Notes under the pieces: model-generated
Seen by the model: only the letters and a program-made list of their open reading frames with translations
Told to the model about the DNA's origin: nothing
Databases searched by the model: none
Source of the DNA: Octopus vulgaris
Taxonomy: Eukaryota
Reading direction: 5' to 3'
NCBI GenBank assembly: GCA_951406725.2
Contig: OX597828.1
Coordinates: forward strand, 16,058,001 to 16,122,000
Length of the DNA: 64,000 bases
Part shown: one piece after another, positions 54,827 to 64,000 of the stretch
Position numbering within the stretch: the first letter of the stretch is position 1
How the letters are laid out: every line of letters starts with the position of its first letter
Made by a program: the position numbers and the translations under genes

Positions 54827-55766
54827 GAAGACATTAGTCAAAACAGTGTACAGAAATTGTAACAGAAGAATTTAAAACAACGAACGAAAACAAAGAGACA
54901 GAACCCAAATAGCAATTCTCCATCCAGCAGATAAAGAAACATAAATATAAAAGAATGTTTACGTTTATGGACCCCCCCCCCAAATAAAACCAGAAAAAAA
55001 CAAGGCAAAATAAGAAAATGAAAGAAAATTCTATCTATCAACGACCGAAATGCGCTGAACAACAACAGGAAGAAAACGATAAGTTAGATGTGGCTAAATC
55101 ATAACAATGGTGGCAGGGTATATCTGGAGCCACAAACTGGAACATAAAATGATATGGTAGTCGTGGATATGATTTCAAAACAAAGAGAAGATCAGATATA
55201 TATGTTTAAGCAATGAAAAATAAAAGGTGTCTAGATTATTCCAAATTGGAACTTACGCCCTCCCCAGTCACCACTTCTGACCCAGATGGTTTTCGGTTTT
55301 TTGTTTTAGTTTTTGAAGTTTCTGGTTTAAGCGTTTGGAAAGGTCACACATGATGAAATATCTTGTTCAATGTTTAACAGATGTGTATCGTCATGGATGA
55401 GAAATGAGGTTCCTGTCTCGACGCCTCAATCGTAGTCGCTCGACCTGCTAGTTGTAGCAGTCAAGTCTTTTTCAAATCACGTCTCTATCATCTTAAAAGC
55501 AGAAAAAAAAGAAAAAAGCAGTGACAAAAAGAAACTTCTTGGATAACGCGGACTGTGTTTCCTGCATACCGGGAAAAAATGGGAAGGTCGCCATTGAAAT
55601 GTTTTTGATTATCGGATTGCTCGGTCAGAGTTTAAAAAGATAAAATTCCATCGTAGATATATATCTATTTCTCAAAAACAAATAAAATAACTAACACAAC
55701 AGCAACAATAATAATGGTATATAACGTTGGCACAAAGTCGCTTATTCGCACATATATTGTGGTAGT

Positions 55767-56158
55767 AGTGGCTGTGTGGTAAGTAGCTTGCTTACGAACC
55801 ACATGGTTCCGGGTTCAGTCCCACTGCGTGGCACCTTGGGCAAGTGTCTTCTACTATAGCCTCGGGCCGACCAAAGTCTTGTGATTGGATTTAGTAGACG
55901 GAAACTGAAAGAAGCCCGTCATATATATGTATATGTATGTGTGTGTGTGTATATGTTTGTGTGTCTGTGTTTGTCCCCCCAACACCGCTTGACAACAGAT
56001 GCTGGTGTGTTTACGTTGCCGTAACTTAGCGGTTCGGCAAAAGAGACCGATATAATCAGTACTATGCTTACAAAATATAAGTCCTGGGATCGATTTGCTC
56101 GACTAAAGGCGGTGCTCCAGCATGGCCACAGTCAAATGACCGAAACAAGTAAAAGAGT

Positions 56159-56160
<2 letters not shown>
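55767..56160 (+). mobile_element. SINE family A
   Basis: Near full length; tail runs into (GA)n. Confidence 0.92.
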
Positions 56161-56221
<61 letters not shown>

Positions 56222-56225
<4 letters not shown>

Positions 56226-56784
56226 ACAACTACATGGGTCTAGGTTCAGTCCCACTGCATGGCACCTTGGGCAAGTGTCTTCTATTATAGCCTCGGGTTC
56301 ACCAAAGCTATCGGAGTGGATTTGGTAGACGGAAACTGAGGAGAAGCTTGTCATATTCTTTTATTCTTTTACATGTTTCAGTCATTTGACTGCGGCCACG
56401 TTGCAGCACCGCCTTAAAAGGTTTTAACTGAAGAAATCGATCCCAGGACTTATTTTTTGTAAGCCTAATATTTATTCTATCGGGCAATTTTGTCGAACCG
56501 TTAAGTTACGGGGGCGTAAACACATCAACATCGGTTGTCAAACGATGTTGGTGGTGGTGGTGGTGGACAAACGCAGGCGCAAAGACACACACACACACAT
56601 ATACATATACACACACACAAACATACATACCCACATATATACGACGGGCTTCTTTCAGTTTCCGTCTATCGAATCCACTCACGTGGTTATATTAGAAGAC
56701 ACTTACCCAAGGTGCCAAGCAGTGGGACTGAACCCGAAACCATGTGGTAGGAAGCAAGCTTCTCACGACACAACCACACCTACA

Positions 56785-56785
<1 letters not shown>
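56222..56785. mobile_element. Two further family A SINEs (56222-56355 +, 56356-56785 -)
   Basis: Family A homology in opposite orientations. Confidence 0.82.
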
Positions 56786-56847
<62 letters not shown>

Positions 56848-57034
56848 GAGTGTATTTTACCTTGTTAACAATTAACACGGAAAAATAAATAAATAGTTAC
56901 CAGGGCAGCAAAAATCTCACAAGTAAAGATGTTGTAACTCCTTGTTATAAAGGTTGAAACTTCGTGTTTACGTTGAATATTTTGAATAATATGAATAAAA
57001 AATGGAGTTAACGCAGGTTTAAACAAGTATTTTT

Positions 57035-57120
57035 ACTTTCTACATATGTTTCGAAAATTCCACTGATACTATTCAAATGAATAAAAGGTATAAACAATGC
57101 AATCTTCTCTTCGGGAAAGT
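57035..57120 (-). ncRNA. Type I hammerhead motif downstream of Penelope GIY-YIG ORF
   Basis: Minus strand ACTTTC-CCGAAGA-GAAGATTGCATTG...CAGTGGAATTTTC-GAAA-CATAT-GTA-GAAAGT; 6-bp stem I; U-to-C change in the core. Confidence 0.75.
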
Positions 57121-57320
57121 GAAAAAACGAAACTCGTCAATACGACATTTTAGCAAAAAATGATGGATTCGTATAGCGATAAACAGAACGCTATTAATAT
57201 TGTTTAAAAAAACGTTATATGATATAACGTCATAAGTAGCTAACAGAAAGAGTAGGGATATTAATAGTGAATGTTAAATATAAAGGAAATTAAAGTTTAA
57301 ACTATATATAATGATAGAGA

Positions 57321-57710
57321 CTACTTATATGCACTAAAAGTATGTTTCTGCCAATGCTTACATCTGTATGCTCGTTCTATAACCGTGTTTACTAGAGTAT
57401 TTTTAGAAAAAATAATGAAAAATAGCTCAGAATTGCAGAGAAGACAGAATTTCTTGCCTTTGTCATATGGTATCGAAATTGAGAGGATCAACCATTCTAA
57501 ATGAAATTGTTCATTGTGGTCTTTTAAATCCCAAATCAGTTTGCTGAGACCGGTACTATTCCGTTTATTTCTATCCCTAAATGTTGAGTAATGGATAGAA
57601 ATTCTTTTAGATAACTCTAACGATGTGCTTCCAATGTAAAATCGTACTTTATTACGAGTACTGATTATACACTGGTATATAGAATTTTTAATCTTAGAGT
57701 TACTTGACAT
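57321..57710 (-). CDS. GIY-YIG endonuclease domain of a Penelope-like retroelement (5'-truncated, open frame)
   Basis: SIYQC...FYIGST...RISIH...STGLSKLIWDLK...CLLCNSE...LVN...RCKH; followed by a hammerhead-bearing 3' region. Confidence 0.85.
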   Translation of the reverse strand: MSSNSKIKNSIYQCIISTRNKVRFYIGSTSLELSKRISIHYSTFRDRNKRNSTGLSKLIWDLKDHNEQFHLEWLILSISIPYDKGKKFCLLCNSELFFIIFSKNTLVNTVIERAYRCKHWQKHTFSAYK

Positions 57711-57769
57711 AAATTTAATTCTATTGGAATTGACTTCAGATACAATAACCTATATTTACCTATGTTTGT

Positions 57770-57970
57770 GTTTTTGTTTCCGTGTTTGTCCCTAACCGCC
57801 GCTTGGCACCCGGTTCTGGTGTGTTTACGTCCCACTAACGTAGCGGTTCGGTTAAATACAACGATAGAATAAATAAATTGCTTAAAAACAAAAATAACTA
57901 CTGGGGTCGATTCGTTCGACCATAATTTTTCCAACATGGCCACAGTCTACCAACAGAAGTAAGTCAAAGA
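57770..57970 (+). mobile_element. SINE family A 3' half (diverged)
   Basis: GTGTTTGTCC...GGTGTGTTTACGTCCC...CATGGCCACAGTC. Confidence 0.75.
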
Positions 57971-59079
57971 TAAGAATAACGATGCATAAATACGTTTATG
58001 CCTTTGTCCAGTAAGATTCCCGATGAGAAATCATGTGTTGAAATAGATATTGTTATATATTGGGACGGTCATTTTTTCCCCCAAATAAACATACGCACTG
58101 TATATTCGTTCTTTATTTCAGCTTTATTACTATTCTTATTTTAGTTTCCTTTGTCTGAAATTTTTCTTCACACATCCTGTGACAACTTCAGCGCATCTCC
58201 ATCCCACGTGTCTCCTCATGCACACACGAACGCAGAGACATGCAAACACACGCAAAAACAGGCATTCTCACAAACGCAGACACACACAGACGCACAGAGA
58301 AATAGATCAAATATTGACAATCAAAAGATCACGAAAGCCACTCAACTATATAAAACTGAATTGATTTATAAATATATCCTGTACATTTATTAATTTAGCT
58401 TCGGTCCTTACGAATGGCAAAATATTATTATATATACTTTTTTGTTACCTCTGATGACACTGTGTTAAAACAACGAAACAGTCGGCTAGCTATAAGGTCA
58501 GAATCTATACTAATAAACACATATGATATTTTCTGCTAGTTCGGCTGTAACTCATATTTATGGGAGGAAATTGAAGAGATAATCTGTAATGCACACAACG
58601 TTTATATTGTTCGTCACACAATTCATTGATAAACTATGGAACGAAATCAAAGACATAATAATCTATCATAGACACAAACATTTATTCTTAGACAATTGAC
58701 TGTTAAACTATGGAACCAAGTTGCAGACCTAATCTGTTATAGACACAGTACTGATATTATTTATATTATTCATAAGACAATTGACAGATAAATAAATATT
58801 TCAAATGAAATTATAGGCGTACGCACACACACGCACACTCACACACGCACACAAACACACACACACGCACACAAACACACACACACAGATAGGTATATGT
58901 ATATATACATACATGCATACATATGTATGTATATGTATACGTACATATGTCAATATACGTGACATATATACAGATACATTTTAAACGTTCGCAATAAATA
59001 TAACATTTGCGGATGCAGAACAAACAAGTCTATATTGCATTCCGCTTATATATATACATACATACACACATACATACAT

Positions 59080-59127
<48 letters not shown>

Positions 59128-59329
59128 TACATATATATATATATATATGTATATATATGCATGTATATATATATATGTCTATATGTATGTATATATGTAT
59201 ATGCATATGTATATGTATTTGTGTGTATATATATATATATATATAGTCATTTCAAGGATGTCATGTCCTCAACCTATGACACAAATAAATTAACTATATA
59301 TCCACAACTCTCAATTTTTCTTACCTACT

Positions 59330-59381
<52 letters not shown>

Positions 59382-59540
59382 TTTATATGTATATGCACAC
59401 TCTTACATATGCACGCAGACAGACGCATATAATATATACATGTATATGCATGTATACACATAATCAGATATTCATCTACATCTAATGGCTTTTCTTTATA
59501 CGGTGCCATATGGGACTCGAACCCACTTACAAAAACGCTT

Positions 59541-60074
<534 letters not shown>

Positions 60075-60305
60075 TGTATAAAATCTCCAAGCACTGATAG
60101 TGAAAGAAGGCATAGAGATAAGCTTATTTTCTCTCTTCGAGAAAATACTTTGTCCGAAACGTCGTAAATCTCGTACCTAGATATATGCAAGCTTAAGAAC
60201 GATTTTAATGATCAATACGATATTTGTCGACGCAAGACCATCATTGTTCCCTTCGTAACTGGTTTCGTGAAAACACATATACACATATATATGTACATAT
60301 GCATA

Positions 60306-60526
60306 TACGAGGTGTTGCTGAAAAGTTCCTGGTTTTAAGAGTATCATGAAAAGTGTGGTTGGAGGGCCAACCATCCGGGTTCTTTTACTGGGCTTAGAAA
60401 AACTGAAGCATCGCGGCAATAAGTGTGTGAATCTGAGAGGGGAATATGTTGAATAAAATCATAATTAACTGATCCTCCTGTATTTTCTTTTATCCAAAGC
60501 CAGGTGCTATTCAGCACTCACTCGTA
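60306..60526 (+). mobile_element. Internally deleted mariner element (MITE)
   Basis: TIRs TACGAGGTGTTGCTGAAAAGTTCCTGG / revcomp TACGAGTGAGTGCTGAATAGCACCTGG; retains the mariner C-terminus GLEKLKHRGNKCVNLRGEYVE*. Confidence 0.85.
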
Positions 60527-60531
60527 CACAC

Positions 60532-60573
<42 letters not shown>

Positions 60574-60652
60574 ACATATATGTACGTATGTATACACACA
60601 CACGCATACAGACACAGATACAGACAGACACACGCACAGACACATAATACAT

Positions 60653-60717
<65 letters not shown>

Positions 60718-61246
60718 TGTTCGTATATATTTATATATGTGTGCATGTGTGTGTGTGCATATGTGAACTTTAGATCATGTGTTTGTGAAATATTTTTTAT
60801 TTCAAAGACAAATTCACTACAGTTACCGTGAAGGAAATCTCTCATTTGGTGCGAAAACACCATATCTGTACTCACTTCCTCCCGCTCTCTCTCTTCCTCT
60901 ATCTCTCCCTCGCTTTCTTTCTCTCTAACACACACACATGCGCGAGCACACACATACACATACATATACATACACGCACACGCACATCATATATACATAT
61001 ATATACTTATATATGTCTAAAAAGGTTGAATTAGATTCATCCTTCAATTTGGACGTTTCCAAAAAAACAAAAAACAAACAAGATTTCTAATATTGATTCT
61101 TCATATTTTGCTGGTAGCTTACTGGCGTAAAATTGCGAATATGAAAGTAATTCTTGTATATGGTGTGTTGTGAATTTATGGAAAGAAATTCCATAAAACT
61201 AAAGGATTTTCATAAAAAAGGGAAGATGTTAAAATTCTTTTATTCT

Positions 61247-61616
61247 TCTATTCTTTTATTTGTTTCAGTCATTTGACTGCGGCCATGCTGGGGCACCGCC
61301 TTTAGTCGAGCAAATCGACCCCAGGACTTATTTTTTGTAAACCCTAGTACTTATTCTATAGGACTCTCTTGCCGAACCGCTAAGTGACGGGGCCGTAAAC
61401 ACACCAGCATCGGTTGTCAAGCGATGTTGGGGGACAAATACAGACACACAAACATATACATACGACAGGCTTCTTTCAGTTTCCATCTACCAAATTCACT
61501 CACAAGGCTTTGGTCGGCCCGAGGCTATATTAGAAGACACTTGCTCAAGATGCCACGCAGTGGGACTGAACTCGGAACCATGTGGTTCGTCAGCAAGCTA
61601 CTTACCACACAGCCAC
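61247..61616 (-). mobile_element. SINE family A
   Basis: Near full length. Confidence 0.92.
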
Positions 61617-61729
61617 ACATGAATTAAAAGAAAATTTTGATTCATACAGACGATCGTTTCGTACAACGATATAAAAATCACGCAAATTCATTGTTGAAAA
61701 GCATTAATTAAATTAATTCGATTAGATTA

Positions 61730-62426
61730 AATTAAATTAATTTATTATTTATCACTGTATAGGCGCAGGAGTGGCTGTGTGGTAAGTAGCTTGCTAACCA
61801 ACCACATGGTTCCTGGTTCAGTCCCACTGCGTGGCATCATGGGCAAGTATCTTCTGCTATAGCCCCGGGCCGACCAATGCCTTGTGAGTGGATTTGGTAG
61901 ACGGAAACTGAAAGAAGCCTGTCGTATATATGTATATATATATATGTGTGTGTGTGTTTGTGTGTCTGTGTTTGTCCCCCTAGCATTGCTTGACAACCGA
62001 TGCTGGTGTGTTTACGTCCCCGTCACTTAGTGGTTCGGCAAAAGAGACCGATAGAATAAGTACTGGGCTTACAAAGAATAAGTCCCGGGGTCGATTTGTT
62101 CGACTAAAGGCGGTGCTCCAGCATGGCCACAGTCAAATGACTGAAACAAGTAAAAGAGTAAAAGGGTAAAGAGTACTCTCCAGTGCAAGAAGTACATACA
62201 AAATTTTTGCTAAGAACTTGAGAAAAGGAAAAGCAGAATAGAACCTTGGAGTTTCATATTTATTCTTATGAGAAAGAAAGATATGTGTGAGTCCGGTTAG
62301 GTATTAACTAAATATCAATCTCCTCGATCCTGTTCTACTTTTCCCTTTCTGAAGTCCTTTGTAAGCATTTTGTTTATACTCTTGCACTGAAGCGTACAGT
62401 GATATATTATTAAATTAATTTAATTT
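61730..62426. mobile_element. Foldback/MITE-like element with ~115-bp imperfect inverted arms; left arm split by a SINE
   Basis: 62174-62262 pairs with 62308-62396; ATTAATTTATTATTTATCACTGTA (61736-61759) pairs with TACAGTGATATATTATTAAATTAAT (62395-62419). Confidence 0.65.
61761..62173 (+). mobile_element. SINE family A, full length
   Basis: Near-consensus copy. Confidence 0.93.
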
Positions 62427-62939
62427 TTACATATATACACAAAACGGTGTTCCACACAGATTACGTTCACGAAATTACACTCACAAGGCGTTGGTCGGCC
62501 CGGGGTTATATAGCAGAAAATACTTGTCGAATGTGATATGCAGTGGGAGTGAACCCGAAACCACGTTGTTATGAAGCGGGCTTCTAAACCACACAGCCAT
62601 GCCTGTGCCGCACTTTCACACAAACACACACACATGCACACACACGCACACACGCACACACACGCATGCACACAAACACATACACATACACATGCACACA
62701 AACACATACACATGCGCATACATACACACACGCACACACACAGACACACACATACGCACACATGCAAATGCACAAACATACACGCACACACACACACACA
62801 CACACGCACACACACACACACGCATGCACACATACAAATACACACATGCACACATACACACACACGCACACGCACGCATGCACACAAACACATACACACC
62901 CATGCACACATACACACAAACATTTTCTCCCTCTCGACT

Positions 62940-63470
62940 TCGTCGGTCACGAATAACCATGAGTGCACTTAAGAGATCCCCCACCCTCCGGGGTACAAAT
63001 CTGGGCGGAAAGTCGCCTCACCAGCGAACGCACAACCTAGGATAGTGTTTTTAAGGAAGACCAGCAGCCGCCCATGCATACCAGCCTCTCCTCTCCACGC
63101 CACCGATGTTATCCAGGGAGAAGGCAAAGGCCGATGCAGCTTGGCACCAATGACATCGCATCTCATTTCTACATGAAATAAATAACGTGAAATAAAGTAT
63201 CTTGCTGAAGAACACATCACGCAGTCCGGTCCGGGAATCGAACCTACAACCTCACGATCGTAAGCTCGATGCTCTAACCACTGAGCCATACGTCTTCACT
63301 GCACCAACAAACATACACTTCGCACACAAACATACACACACATACATATACATACAGAATCATATATGCAAGCTGAAGAACACAACACACAGCCCGGTCC
63401 GGGAATCGAACCTACAACCTCACGATCGTAAGCTCGACGCTCTAACCACTGAGCCATGCGCCTTCACTGC
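62940..63470 (-). mobile_element. Modular SINE, head/core B plus tail Z, with tandem-duplicated tRNA head
   Basis: CCGGTCCGGGAATCGAACCTACAACCTCACGATCGTAAGCTCGA occurs at ~63226 and ~63394, flank included. Confidence 0.82.
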
Positions 63471-63903
63471 TCACACAAACATACACTTCATACACAAACA
63501 TACACACACATACATATACACACAGATTCATATGTGCAAGTGTCCATAAGCGTGTGTTTACGTGTATGCATATCATGAACAAATGCTGAACTTCCGATCA
63601 TCAAAACATTCGCCAATCACAACAAACACGATCAAAGCAAAATATAAGAGAAAAAAAAAGAACCCCTCCCCGCCACCAAACAAGTGGCATTATTAATCGG
63701 GTGGTGCCACATGAAATTTAGAATGGTAAGCTTGGGAAAACTTGTATTTCTAATGTCATAAATGTAAAGGAAATAGAGAGAAAATGCATGAATTGCTAAA
63801 ATTTTAATTGACTTCCATATAATTGAAAACCATCTGCCTTAGCTATCGAGTCACAGCCAGTTGACGTGTATCGCTATCATCAAAGAAACTTAATGCGCGC
63901 GCG

Positions 63904-63972
<69 letters not shown>

Positions 63973-64000
63973 GTGTTTGTGTGTATATATATGTGTGTGT

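Noticed and set aside
57321-57710. Possible selenoprotein recoding as reported for some Naiad elements
   Set aside because: No in-frame TGA in this fragment and no SECIS identified.

Overview
Eukaryotic (animal) genomic DNA, very rich in microsatellites ((TA)n, (CA)n, (GA)n, (TAGA)n, (TACA)n, (TAG/TGG)n, (AAT)n) and interspersed repeats. The repeat families look like those of a coleoid cephalopod, probably Octopus; this is from recall and was not verified. I found no intact host protein-coding gene; nearly all listed ORFs are microsatellite or SINE read-throughs. Supported content: (1) dozens of tRNA-like SINEs, including a modular group with two heads shuffled onto at least five tails; (2) decayed DNA transposons (DD37D/maT-like Tc1-mariner, mariner MITEs, a hAT-like element); (3) non-LTR retrotransposon fragments, namely an RTE-like RT with a twin-priming-type 5' inversion, R4/Dong-like RLE elements that all sit in (TACA)n, RTE-like C2H2 zinc-finger tails and a Penelope-like GIY-YIG ORF; (4) about 12 type I hammerhead-ribozyme motifs. 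Most of these are Penelope-type, but one (32451-32534) has an intact core and an extended stem I and lies in a highly structured domain fused to a tRNA-SINE head, making it the best novel-system candidate; (5) a 534-bp near-perfect palindrome centred on (TA)n, several inverted SINE pairs and pre-miRNA-like hairpins. All structures were read by eye and coordinates may be off by a few bases.
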